Positions 1-8,893 are shown, counted from the stretch's first letter. The stretch: 37,995 nt of DNA from an uncultured Gammaproteobacteria bacterium (GCA_964519355.1 CAZFJW010000001.1:1-37995), one strand, 5' to 3'. Numbers and translations: made by a program. Notes: generated from the sequence alone by a model not told the origin.

Positions 1-10
1 CCACAATGGG

Positions 11-31
11 AAAATCCGCAGCGTCTGCGGA
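11..31 (-). terminator. Candidate intrinsic terminator downstream of the GC-rich ORF
   Basis: On the minus strand there is a 7-bp GC-rich stem TCCGCAG/CTGCGGA (15-21 with 25-31) and a 3-nt loop, followed by TTTT (complement of 11-14). It lies ~50 nt past the stop at 80-82. Confidence 0.4.
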
Positions 32-79
32 CCGACCATTATGAAAATGTCTGCAGAAAAACTCCTGCTGGGTTCGGGA

Positions 80-592
80 CTAGGCGGCCGTAAGCCGATC
101 GATTTCCTCGCGTGCGCGGGTCTCCCACAGCTTGGCTGCTTCGAGATCCTTCTCAAGCGACGGATCGTCAAGCTCTCGCCTGACGCACTCTGCAGCCCAA
201 ACAGCCTTGTTCTTGAGAGATTCGAGCGCGGCCTGAGCCGCTTCACCCTCATCCCTCCTTCGGGCGTAGACTTCAAGACGAACGGCGTCGATCCGATCTT
301 TGAGCGTGGCCTCAGGCTCGGGTGCGCTCTCGCGCAGCCGCTGTTCGGCAGCTTCGGCCTCGTCCGAGATGGACTGAATTACGGCCTCAAAGGGTCCCTT
401 CGCGGGATCATAGAGCGCATGCCAGGCGTCGCCAGACAATTGCTCAACCGCATCCCGATGAGAGCTGATGGCCAAATCGGCCGCGCGAACGGCCTTTCGG
501 GCTTCTGCCAGATCCATGATCGCCCTCACTCCGAGAGCTTGTGTGAGAATTCCCAGATCCAAGAGTAAATCTCCAGGTGATGTACCTAGCAA
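80..592 (-). CDS. Hypothetical helical protein encoded in the GC-rich segment
   Basis: This is the only frame in the first 600 nt with protein-like composition (A/E/L/R/D-rich, helical). The track start is TTG at 590-592; the first ATG at 515-517 (MDLAEARK...) is more likely. No family recognised. Confidence 0.5.
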   Translation of the reverse strand: MLGTSPGDLLLDLGILTQALGVRAIMDLAEARKAVRAADLAISSHRDAVEQLSGDAWHALYDPAKGPFEAVIQSISDEAEAAEQRLRESAPEPEATLKDRIDAVRLEVYARRRDEGEAAQAALESLKNKAVWAAECVRRELDDPSLEKDLEAAKLWETRAREEIDRLTAA

Positions 593-800
593 CTTTCGTT
601 GTCCAGGTCAAAATAAACTCAAAATTTTGAATTCATTTCAATCTGGACAAAATAGGTTTTTAACGTGCAGAACAATACCAACCGCACACTTTACCACATA
701 AAGAAATGCTTTTCAAATAATGCTGAAATAAGAATTTTCAAACGTAACCGGAGTGTATCAAATGTGAAACAATATGCTTGACAAAATACTGACTGAAGAT

Positions 801-1166
801 CTAACTGACTGAAAGTGCTGCGTTAACCTTGGCTATTAATTTTGAGGGAACAACTTCAATTTTTGACAAAACATCAAATGCGCCCTTGGCTATTATCTCA
901 TTTTTATCCACCACAAGACTCGTAACAATTATTATCTTTGTTTGAGCCAGGCTCGGGTCTTTTTTAACAAAATCCAAAACATCAATTCCCGTCATCTTAG
1001 GCATAACATAATCAGAAAGTATAAGATCAGGCTGAAAAATTTTTACTTTTTCCAGTCCTTCTTGTCCATCATGAGCAGTTAGCACATCATGCCCCTCCCC
1101 AACAAACGTATGCTGATATAGCTCACAGAGAGATTGATCGTCTTCAATAACTAATATTTTTGCCAT
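801..1166 (-). CDS. Stand-alone CheY-like response regulator receiver domain
   Basis: It has DD at aa 9-10, the acceptor Asp in LILSDYVMP, Thr in IIIVTS and Lys in AKGAFD. It is 121 aa with no output domain. Confidence 0.9.
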   Translation of the reverse strand: MAKILVIEDDQSLCELYQHTFVGEGHDVLTAHDGQEGLEKVKIFQPDLILSDYVMPKMTGIDVLDFVKKDPSLAQTKIIIVTSLVVDKNEIIAKGAFDVLSKIEVVPSKLIAKVNAALSVS

Positions 1167-1167
1167 A

Positions 1168-1866
1168 TTATTTAACTATACTTGTATTGTTTTTACTCCG
1201 CAAGCCTGCAATGGTCTTTTTAATAAAGAAATACATAAATGGAACAAGAAGCATCGTATAGTTAGTCAGTGCTACTTTCACAAAAAGCTCAGTTAAATTT
1301 GGAACGCGTGTTGCATATACATAAAGAATTAAAAAATACGGAATAGAACCAACTCCCGTAATAACGACGAATGCAGTAAATGAAACTCTCGTAAAACCAG
1401 CTGCGTAGGATATCCATTCGAACAAAAACCCCTGGAAAAGACGTGACAAAATGAGCACTTCTATTTCAAATTTAAGTGCGAGTTTGTCTATTTTCTCCAT
1501 TCCCTTTTTACCTACAAATCGTTCTACCGTATTTCTTCCAAATTTTCTTGCTATATAGAAATTAATTACAGCTCCAGCCATCGCTACTATGTATGTTAAC
1601 AACAAGGCTTGCACAGCACCAAATGCACCAATTCCAATAACTACAATTGGAAATCCGGTGAGAGGCGCAATTACAAAAGTTATGAGTAATACAGCAGAGA
1701 AAAGAATTGGCCCCCAAATTCCTGCATCTTTAATATATCTCTGAACGATATCACGCTCTAAAAAATCCCCCACATGACCCAGAACAAATCCCAAAAATAA
1801 AAATATCACCCCAATAACAATAATGTGGATAAGATTTTTTACTGTTAAGTTTTTCAGGAAATGCAT
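1168..1866 (-). CDS. TVP38/TMEM64 (VTT, DedA-related) family membrane protein
   Basis: Multi-TM protein with the central FGRNTVERF-type loop typical of the VTT domain. A 1-nt gap separates it from the response regulator gene, suggesting an operon. Confidence 0.7.
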   Translation of the reverse strand: MHFLKNLTVKNLIHIIVIGVIFLFLGFVLGHVGDFLERDIVQRYIKDAGIWGPILFSAVLLITFVIAPLTGFPIVVIGIGAFGAVQALLLTYIVAMAGAVINFYIARKFGRNTVERFVGKKGMEKIDKLALKFEIEVLILSRLFQGFLFEWISYAAGFTRVSFTAFVVITGVGSIPYFLILYVYATRVPNLTELFVKVALTNYTMLLVPFMYFFIKKTIAGLRSKNNTSIVK

Positions 1867-1927
1867 AGGTCAATTATTTATTATACTTCACCCCAGATCC
1901 TCATATCAAAACTCAAAATCTGGATGC

Positions 1928-1956
1928 TTGACAGAAGACTTTATTAGATGTATTCT
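1928..1956 (+). promoter_or_regulatory. Sigma70-like promoter TTGACA-17-TATTCT
   Basis: TTGACA at 1928-1933, a 17-nt spacer, then TATTCT at 1951-1956. The -10 box overlaps the track start ATG 1948, which favours ATG 1969 as the real start. Confidence 0.4.
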
Positions 1957-1968
1957 AACTTCAACAGT

Positions 1969-3144
1969 ATGAAAAAATTTCTTATCTTCATACTTGCCCC
2001 AGCACTTCTTCCTTTTGTCTTTCCATCGAGAATTTTAGCCGAAACTCCAAATAACATCAGACGGGACGAAAAAGTTGTTGTAGCAAGTGACGAAATCGTT
2101 AATGATGATTACTTTGCTGCAGGCGAAGGAGTAACTATTTCTGGAACAATCAATGGTGACGTCTTTATCTTCGGAGGCAAAACATACATAGATGGAACTG
2201 TAAATGGAGATGTCTTAGCAGCAGGTGGTCAAGTTACAATCGATGGTCCAGTCTCAGGAAATGTGCGTGTTGCAGGTGGCGACATTATTCTTTCTTCTGA
2301 AATAGGCGGGAATGTTACTGTTGCAGGTGGCAATGTGCTCATTGGCGACAGAGCTAAAATTAATGGATCTCTCAATGGTGCATTGGGGAATGGAAGGATA
2401 CTCTCTCCTATTGGAAAAAGTGTGCATATCACAGGGGGTCAAATTACCCTGGGCAGTGAGGTCGGGAAAAATTTCAAAGCAGCTGCTGGAAAATTGGCGC
2501 TTATAAACGGTGCTCATATTAAAGGCGATCTTGTGTATGTCTCAGATGAAGAATTAGATGTATCCGGAGGCGCAACTGTAGACGGTGCGCTGGTTAAAAA
2601 AATACTTCCAGAACAATTACAAAAAACCCAAGCCGAGAAAGAAACAAAGAATATATTTATGGGACTTGCTGGATTTGGAACAATTCTGGGAATTTTAAAT
2701 TCATTTTTCCTTGGAGTTCTTCTTCTTGCTCTTGCACCTAAATTCTCGGGGCAAATTATTCAGGGTATTTCAAAGAAATTCTGGGGAAGTCTTTTAGTCG
2801 GCTTCATTGCGCTCGTTACAATTCCAGTAATGGGAGTTGTCTTCTTTATGACACTTATTGGGATTCCAATAAGTATATTAATTTTAGTTGGGTACATCTT
2901 AGTCCTAGTCTTCGGGAAAATTGGATTCTCATATTATCTTGGAACTAAAATTCAGGAAATTCTCAAAATTACAAAAAATAGGTATGTAGGACTGCTCTTG
3001 GGGGTCATTGCATTCAGTCTTATCAGCATTTTGCCAGTTGTTGGATGGTTTGTCGAAATTATTGGAACACTTGCGGGAGTTGGAGCACTTCTTGTTGCAA
3101 AAAAAGAACTCTACTCAAATCTTCGAAGTAAAAAAATTATATAG
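1969..3144 (+). CDS. Secreted bactofilin-like beta-helix repeat protein with C-terminal polytopic membrane domain
   Basis: Signal peptide MKKFLIFILAPALLPFVFPSRILA. Many tandem G-[DN]-V-x-[IV]-x-G repeats follow (GDVFIFGG, GDVLAAGG, GNVRVAGG, GNVTVAGG, GNVLIGD). The last ~150 aa form several TM helices. Confidence 0.75.
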   Translation: MKKFLIFILAPALLPFVFPSRILAETPNNIRRDEKVVVASDEIVNDDYFAAGEGVTISGTINGDVFIFGGKTYIDGTVNGDVLAAGGQVTIDGPVSGNVRVAGGDIILSSEIGGNVTVAGGNVLIGDRAKINGSLNGALGNGRILSPIGKSVHITGGQITLGSEVGKNFKAAAGKLALINGAHIKGDLVYVSDEELDVSGGATVDGALVKKILPEQLQKTQAEKETKNIFMGLAGFGTILGILNSFFLGVLLLALAPKFSGQIIQGISKKFWGSLLVGFIALVTIPVMGVVFFMTLIGIPISILILVGYILVLVFGKIGFSYYLGTKIQEILKITKNRYVGLLLGVIAFSLISILPVVGWFVEIIGTLAGVGALLVAKKELYSNLRSKKII

Positions 3145-3715
3145 CCGAGCGTACTGACTCTTGCCACGCGCTGCTTGCGACCCACGAAACATATTCCCAA
3201 TAATTCACTCGTGTACGCCTGTCTACCGATAACTTTCTATCGTCTTGCACAGTAGAAAAAGCGCTTTTAAGTTCTTCTAGTCTTGTGGCACTAAATGAGG
3301 CCAGTGCTCCAAGTGTATACGCATCAAGAATTAGCTCTCTGGTCTGAAGTTCTTCATCTCCATATGGGATCCCATCTGGATTAGCAAGAGCATTCATCCG
3401 CCAGTCCCCAAATCCCGTAGTCAAATCACCAATAACCTCACCAACAGAACGAGTCTCAAAAGGACCAATATTCTCTTGTACACATTGATGAGAAATCTTT
3501 CTCAGTCCGAACTCTACCTGCTCAAGTGACAATTCATCTTGTAAAAGTCCGTGTCCTTTTGCTATTTCTTGATTTATAAATTTCTGAGACGCATGTACAA
3601 CAACACTCCAAACAGGGGGTATACGAAGAGAACTTTCTGTAACAAGAAAAGCATTCAAAGATCCACGAGCCGTATCACGTCCATCTCTGGGCAAGAATAT
3701 GCTTTGTTCTGCCAT
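3137..3715 (-). CDS. Hypothetical soluble protein (192 aa)
   Basis: Long ORF with balanced composition. Its 3' end overlaps the convergent gene by 8 nt. No family recognised; it shares weak motifs (LSLEQVEF, C-terminal W-x5-W) with neighbouring hypotheticals. Confidence 0.6.
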   Translation of the reverse strand: MAEQSIFLPRDGRDTARGSLNAFLVTESSLRIPPVWSVVVHASQKFINQEIAKGHGLLQDELSLEQVEFGLRKISHQCVQENIGPFETRSVGEVIGDLTTGFGDWRMNALANPDGIPYGDEELQTRELILDAYTLGALASFSATRLEELKSAFSTVQDDRKLSVDRRTRVNYWEYVSWVASSAWQESVRSAI

Positions 3716-3769
3716 ATTTTTTGAAATTCAAAAAAAAATATTTTGTATTTCCCTGGCATTATATCAAAA

Positions 3770-4249
3770 TTAAAGGGAATCAATTAAGGCTGCAACATAC
3801 GGGGGCACTCTGTTGCGCCATTCTTTTCCATCACGCATAAGTTCACGTATTTTCCACCCCTCAAGTTCAATACGATTATGGTAGCCTATCCTGACCACTG
3901 GAATTTCAGCACTTTCAAAAATCGTATTCACCCAATCATTATCTCCAAAACTAACGTCAAACTGACCTACTCTCTCACGTACAGTATCAAGCCACTCATC
4001 GTCACTGGGATGATCGGGTATTTCAACAATAGATGACACCCGCCTTTGAAGATTCTTGTCCTGAATAAATAATTCTATCATCTTCCTTCTCACTTGAGAC
4101 GAAAATGGATTGTCGTGGTCTTCTTTGTTGCTGCTTCCAATGCCAATTACTATCTCAAGGCATGACTCAAGTGCCTTTTGCATAAGATACAAATGCCCAT
4201 TGTGAAATGGCTGAAACCTCCCAATTACAAGTCCTCTTTCGTAGTGCAT
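3770..4249 (-). CDS. nadM: Nicotinamide-nucleotide adenylyltransferase (NadM/archaeal-type cytidylyltransferase fold)
   Basis: GRFQPFHNGHLYL nucleotidyltransferase motif near the N-terminus. The start is placed at Met16 (4247-4249) because a TATAAT box (4257-4262, minus strand) lies 7 nt upstream. Confidence 0.75.
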   Translation of the reverse strand: MHYERGLVIGRFQPFHNGHLYLMQKALESCLEIVIGIGSSNKEDHDNPFSSQVRRKMIELFIQDKNLQRRVSSIVEIPDHPSDDEWLDTVRERVGQFDVSFGDNDWVNTIFESAEIPVVRIGYHNRIELEGWKIRELMRDGKEWRNRVPPYVAALIDSL

Positions 4250-4341
4250 AGAGTTTATTATAAATACTTTTCTTAGAAAAAAAACAGAAATCAATAAATA
4301 GATGGTTGTTTTATTGAAATGGAGGACTATAATCCTTATTC

Positions 4342-4866
4342 ATGACCGAAAGATTACAGCCAGAACGAGAACACGAAGAGGCAAAAAAACTGGCAATAAA
4401 ATACCTAAAATCAGGAACAGAGCTTTCCGAAAATTCTGGTCTTCGTGACATCTTGGGACTAGAGGATGATTTTGGGCCATTACTTTTTTCTGCATGCGCC
4501 CAGAAAATGATTGACTACGACATGCAGGAAAAACTTGTAAAATTGCAGAAAAAAGCCAAACCCGCTTCTAACAGTCCTACACCAGCACGTCTAATTAGTT
4601 CTGTTGGGAAAAAAGAGCGGGAAGTTTTGATGCTTGCATTTGCAGCAGAAATTTTGGACCAGGTAGACAAAGTATATATAGGTGAGATGTTTGACCCGAA
4701 CAATATTCCTCCACAAGTACCCAAAATACCAGATGCTGTCCACGATCTGTTTGTAATGTTAGTCTATCAGACAACAACTCCCCAACAAACTCAAACTACT
4801 CGTGAAAGACTAGAAAGCTGGGGGACAGCATGGAGAACAAGACTCAACACCGCTCCCTCATCATAA
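4342..4866 (+). CDS. Hypothetical protein, paralog A of a local family
   Basis: 174 aa. It resembles ORF 5322-5843 at both ends (LK.G...LGL...F..S..A.Q; AV..LFV...WGT.W). TATAAT at 4328-4333 lies 8 nt before the ATG. Confidence 0.65.
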   Translation: MTERLQPEREHEEAKKLAIKYLKSGTELSENSGLRDILGLEDDFGPLLFSACAQKMIDYDMQEKLVKLQKKAKPASNSPTPARLISSVGKKEREVLMLAFAAEILDQVDKVYIGEMFDPNNIPPQVPKIPDAVHDLFVMLVYQTTTPQQTQTTRERLESWGTAWRTRLNTAPSS

Positions 4867-4910
4867 TAATTTTTCTGTCCTAAATCTTTTAATATGGTAT
4901 ACTCAAAAAC

Positions 4911-5255
4911 ATGACAAAAACTTTGGATATTAACGGCGTCACAGCAGAAATCCTCAAAGAAGGGAACGGCAATGCTGTAAAAGCAGGTGACACTGTGTCG
5001 ATTCACTACACTGGGTGGCTTACAGACGGAAAAAAGTTTGACTCATCAGTTGACAGAAATCAGCCTTTCGAAACCAAAATCGGCGTGGGTAGAGTTATTC
5101 AAGGATGGGACATGGGAGTCGTCGGCATGAAACCAGGCGAAAAAAGAAAACTGACAATACCTTCAAAATTTGCTTATAAAGAATTTGGGGCAGGTGCTGT
5201 TATTCCGCCGAATGCAGATCTTATATTTGATGTGGAATTACTCGAGATTCTTTAA
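4911..5255 (+). CDS. FKBP-type peptidyl-prolyl cis-trans isomerase (cytoplasmic, 114 aa)
   Basis: Contains FDSSVDRNQPF...GVGRVIQGWDMGVVGMKPGEKRKLTIP...LIFDVELLEI. An extended -10 box TGgTATACT (4895-4903) lies 7 nt before the ATG. Confidence 0.9.
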   Translation: MTKTLDINGVTAEILKEGNGNAVKAGDTVSIHYTGWLTDGKKFDSSVDRNQPFETKIGVGRVIQGWDMGVVGMKPGEKRKLTIPSKFAYKEFGAGAVIPPNADLIFDVELLEIL

Positions 5256-5321
5256 TTTTTCTTCCCTATAGCTATTCTAAATTCCCCTAGATTTGCGGAT
5301 TAAAAGGAATATAATGCAAGT

Positions 5322-5843
5322 ATGGGAGAACGAACCCCAATAGGAGATCCGACAGTTTTTGACGAATCACGTGACAAAGCCCAGACGTGCCTCAAAGACG
5401 GCAGAACATTTGCGCTCGGTCATGCAATGGATTTAAAACTAGGCCTTAGTCCTGCAGGCTTTGAACTAGCAGTATCATTCAGCGCATCCCAACTACTAAA
5501 AGACGATATTTTTGGTACTCAGGAAATGATTGGAAAGCTCAGTGGAATCCCCTTTTCGGGATTTGTAAGAAGAAAATTGGAGGGAAACTTACGAGCCCTC
5601 GAATTAGCCGAGGATTATTTAGGAAGGACAAGAGAAGATTTGACACATGAACAATTATCCGACAGACCCGAAGAATATACACTGACAGTACGTCAAGCCG
5701 TACAAAATCTTTTTGTACTAGAAAGAGGGAAAAATTCAATGAGTAAAGATCAATATAACGAACAAGTAGGAAATTGGGGCACACATTGGAAAGCCCAAAT
5801 TCAAAACATTCCCCCAATTACTTATACGCAGCAGCATCAGTAA
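5322..5843 (+). CDS. Hypothetical protein, paralog B of a local family
   Basis: 173 aa and similar to ORF 4342-4866. TATAAT at 5310-5315 lies 6 nt before the ATG. Its 3' end overlaps the convergent ORF by 26 nt. Confidence 0.65.
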   Translation: MGERTPIGDPTVFDESRDKAQTCLKDGRTFALGHAMDLKLGLSPAGFELAVSFSASQLLKDDIFGTQEMIGKLSGIPFSGFVRRKLEGNLRALELAEDYLGRTREDLTHEQLSDRPEEYTLTVRQAVQNLFVLERGKNSMSKDQYNEQVGNWGTHWKAQIQNIPPITYTQQHQ

Positions 5844-6300
5844 TCATCATTTCAGAAATAAGAGGAGTATTGGGAAGAGAAAGATGCCAGTCATTTAACA
5901 TCGTCCAGGCCCCCACACCGTGAGGGTCCTGAGTAGTAAGTCCTTCAAGATCGAACTTGTCAAACAATGATGGATGACTTTTGCCAATTTCCTCCCAAAA
6001 TATCGTACCACGCCCTTCATCATTTGGAGACCCAACACCCCCAACTAGACCTAACGAACCAGAAGAACCTGCAATAAACCCTTCGATTTGCTCAGGACTA
6101 AGCCCCAAAACTATTTTCATATATTCTCTTGCGACTGCAGCTTTTGCTTCAGGGTCAAGTCTTGCACCACCAGTTACCCATTTAATTCGTATTTTTTGTG
6201 CTTCACCAGAATCTAAGGGATTATCTCTAAGAACTGCAAGATAATCTTTTACCATTTCTGGAAGTGCTGCTCCCCAAGGACTTACTGTTTCACCTGCCAT
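5818..6300 (-). CDS. Hypothetical soluble protein (160 aa)
   Basis: ORF with ordinary composition. It has an LGLSPEQIEGF motif and a C-terminal W-x6-W, weakly reminiscent of the neighbouring hypotheticals. No family recognised. Confidence 0.55.
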   Translation of the reverse strand: MAGETVSPWGAALPEMVKDYLAVLRDNPLDSGEAQKIRIKWVTGGARLDPEAKAAVAREYMKIVLGLSPEQIEGFIAGSSGSLGLVGGVGSPNDEGRGTIFWEEIGKSHPSLFDKFDLEGLTTQDPHGVGAWTMLNDWHLSLPNTPLISEMMITDAAAYK

Positions 6301-6344
6301 AATACTTTTGGATATTACACCACTGGTTTATTTTTTTCAACTTT

Positions 6345-6620
6345 TTATGTTTTATTCTTAATCCAAAACTTTTTCAAAATCCCATAAGTCTGGGAAGACA
6401 ATAAATATCCAAGTGTTGCAAGAATTCCATTCAAAAGCGGCCGTCCATCGCCAATCAAGAGTAAAAATACAAAAACCATTAAGAATGTTACAAATCCTAT
6501 AAATCCTGTTCGAACATATGATAGTTCCCATGCCTTATCCGCTTCAACACGCCTGTTTCTTGCATGAATTTCATCAATTTCTTTCCGCAATTTCTGTACT
6601 TCAAGATCTAAATCTTTCAT
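6345..6620 (-). CDS. Small membrane protein (N-terminal coiled coil plus two TM helices)
   Basis: 91 aa. Charged helix MKDLDLEVQKLRKEIDEIHARNRR is followed by two hydrophobic helices. Its start overlaps the upstream gene's stop by 1 nt (ATAATG). Confidence 0.6.
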   Translation of the reverse strand: MKDLDLEVQKLRKEIDEIHARNRRVEADKAWELSYVRTGFIGFVTFLMVFVFLLLIGDGRPLLNGILATLGYLLSSQTYGILKKFWIKNKT

Positions 6621-7654
6621 TATTTTTCCAATGCTTTTTTCCTTTTCAAACGTTCTATCAAAAAATAATATCCTATTAGACCAAGACCTGCAGGAATAAT
6701 ATCATACGTTATGCGAAATAGTACTGAAATAAATATAGCGTCGTGAAGTGAAACTCCAAAGAGAACAAAAATTCCTATCATCGAAGTATCCTGCACGCCA
6801 ATTCCTCCTGGAATTGGCGCAAAAAGTCCTGCAAGTATTCCAAGTGAGAGTCCAACAACCAACACTCCAAACTGTGCATGAATCCCGAATGCCTCAAAAC
6901 ATAACCAGAGCACAACAACCGCAAGCGACCAGGAAAGAAATATACTAACAATAATCTGAAAAGAAATAGAAAGCCTCATCTGCAATCCCTTTGTTCCAAG
7001 AAGCAGTGCTTGATGGATCGGCTCAAGTCTATGATCAATCTCGCGCCTCGTTATAAAAAATATGATTCTTGAAAAAATATCGAGAATTTTTTCTCGAATT
7101 CTTGGAAAAAATACAATAATTGTTGCAATAAAAAATGTCCCAAGTGATATTTCCAAAATAAGCTTTGCAATCGACTCAAGTGCGGGAGTCAAAAGTCCTT
7201 CCAGAAAAAGCCACGCAAAACCAATTGGAACGAACGCTAAAATTCCAAGAAAAACACAATATGTATAGAAAAATGAAGATAAAACAATAGCATGCGTATT
7301 TTTTATTCCAAAATTACGAAGGTATGCCACGCGAATTGAATTCCCTACAATTCCCCCAACATCAAGAAGTTTTCCAACAGGAATCGTAATAGAACCTATA
7401 TAAAAAATTTCTTTACGGTGAATGTTAAGCGAAAAAATCGAGGCAACAAAAACATATGCAAATGTTGAAAAAAGATACGAAATAAATGCCACACCAACAC
7501 CTGCTGCGACATAGTACCATTTCGCATGACGTAAAATGTAATGTGCCTCCTGAGCTTGAAAATACACTACAATTCCAGCAATTATAATGAATACAAAAAA
7601 TAGCAGAGTTAAAAAGGTAAGGCTATCAAACTTTTTAGGTTTTTTTTGTTTCAT
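6620..7654 (-). CDS. Polytopic membrane protein, UPF0104 / lysyl-phosphatidylglycerol-synthase-TM (flippase-like) family candidate
   Basis: 344 aa with about 8 TM helices and a basic N-terminus. The architecture and Gly-rich GGIGVQD segment fit UPF0104. An ATGA overlap links it to the upstream TfoX-like gene. Confidence 0.5.
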   Translation of the reverse strand: MKQKKPKKFDSLTFLTLLFFVFIIIAGIVVYFQAQEAHYILRHAKWYYVAAGVGVAFISYLFSTFAYVFVASIFSLNIHRKEIFYIGSITIPVGKLLDVGGIVGNSIRVAYLRNFGIKNTHAIVLSSFFYTYCVFLGILAFVPIGFAWLFLEGLLTPALESIAKLILEISLGTFFIATIIVFFPRIREKILDIFSRIIFFITRREIDHRLEPIHQALLLGTKGLQMRLSISFQIIVSIFLSWSLAVVVLWLCFEAFGIHAQFGVLVVGLSLGILAGLFAPIPGGIGVQDTSMIGIFVLFGVSLHDAIFISVLFRITYDIIPAGLGLIGYYFLIERLKRKKALEK

Positions 7655-7980
7655 TTTTCCATATGGACAAGAATCGATTTCTCAATCCATTCGACAAGTT
7701 CTTCCTTGTTTTCAAAAAGTCGTTCTGGCAGTTCCCAATAATTTAATGTAACATCTTTATCCTTTGAACGATAGACAAAAGGATGCGAGCCTTCCTCCTC
7801 ATAGTCTTTTTTATTACTCTCCCCAACTTTGAAATATAACTTTCCGTCAGCAATGAGCCCAAACATCTTTCCATCTTTATAAAATCCATACCCCCCAAAC
7901 ATTGCCCGAGAATTTATCCCAAAAAATCCAGAAAAAACATCATGCAAAATGTAATCATGAAAATCTTTGTCTCTGGCCAT
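7651..7980 (-). CDS. TfoX N-terminal domain protein
   Basis: RAMFGGYGFYKDGKMFGLIADGKLYFKV matches the TfoX/Sxy N-terminal domain signature. Confidence 0.75.
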   Translation of the reverse strand: MARDKDFHDYILHDVFSGFFGINSRAMFGGYGFYKDGKMFGLIADGKLYFKVGESNKKDYEEEGSHPFVYRSKDKDVTLNYWELPERLFENKEELVEWIEKSILVHMEK

Positions 7981-8023
7981 ATTCTCTCATTCTATCACGT
8001 GATTTTTCTGATAACATGATGAC

Positions 8024-8893
8024 ATGTGGGCTATTTATGCAATATATTTTACGATAATAAAGGCTGTTAACTTTTACATCTTCAAAAGACTAACTCGCGA
8101 TTTTAACCCCCTCACGCAGCTGGTTAATACCTTTCTTTTTTCAATACCTTTTGCCCTCATAATTCTGCTTGTCTTTTTCCAAATTCCAACAGTTACACCA
8201 ATATTCTATTTTTTCGTGGCCTGCTCTGCAGTACTTGACCTTGTAGCATTTTTCCTAACCTTCAAAGCTTTTAAAATGGAAGACATATCACTTCTTGCCC
8301 CGTTATCTGCATTCATCCCGGTATTTTCACTTATTTTTGCTGCTCTTTTTCTTCATGAATATCCAGGTGTTTTAAAAATTATGGGAATTCTCCTGGTAGT
8401 TGTGGGCACTTATGTTCTCAACCTTTCTGACACAAAACGAGGAATTTTTAAACCGCTTACCCGACTTTTTTCTTCCCGTGCACTTATTTTTTTCCTGATA
8501 GCCAATTTTATTTGGTCTATCACTCCGCTCTTTCAAAAAAAAGCAATTCTTCAGACAACTCCGGTTACACCTCTGTATGTATCATTTGTCGGATTTTGCA
8601 TTATTACCGTTCTTTCTTTTGTGATCGCATTTTTAAAAAGGGAGAAAATATTTATAAATACCAGAAAAAATTGGAAAATTCTCTCAATTCATGGATTCAT
8701 TGGAACGACAAGCCAAATGGCTGCCTTTACTGCTTTTGCTCTTGCTCCTCTTGCATATTCACTTTCTCTATTTAATATCTCAACACTTGTAACAATTGGG
8801 ATAGGCGCGGTATTCTTGAAAGAACACAAAACCCGTGACAGATTTTTTGGAGCACTTATTATGATCGCGGGGTCAATTCTGATTATTTTTTAA
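8024..8893 (+). CDS. EamA/DMT superfamily transporter
   Basis: 289 aa with about 10 TM helices in two similar halves, typical of EamA duplication. Confidence 0.75.
   Translation: MWAIYAIYFTIIKAVNFYIFKRLTRDFNPLTQLVNTFLFSIPFALIILLVFFQIPTVTPIFYFFVACSAVLDLVAFFLTFKAFKMEDISLLAPLSAFIPVFSLIFAALFLHEYPGVLKIMGILLVVVGTYVLNLSDTKRGIFKPLTRLFSSRALIFFLIANFIWSITPLFQKKAILQTTPVTPLYVSFVGFCIITVLSFVIAFLKREKIFINTRKNWKILSIHGFIGTTSQMAAFTAFALAPLAYSLSLFNISTLVTIGIGAVFLKEHKTRDRFFGALIMIAGSILIIF

Noticed and set aside
41-568. 175-aa plus-strand ORF in the GC-rich segment
   Set aside because: Its R/L/G/S/C-rich, motif-free composition is typical of an antisense frame in GC-rich DNA. The opposite-strand ORF 80-592 has coherent helical composition, GC-biased third codon positions and a downstream terminator.
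788-813. 10-nt direct repeat ACTGACTGAA at 788-797 and 804-813, spanning the response-regulator stop codon
   Set aside because: It is short, has only two copies and shows no associated structure or periodic array. It is noted but not interpretable.
1948-1968. Upstream ATG 1948 as the start of the bactofilin-like gene
   Set aside because: The TTGACA-17-TATTCT promoter places its -10 box over this ATG. Met8 (1969) begins a canonical signal peptide.
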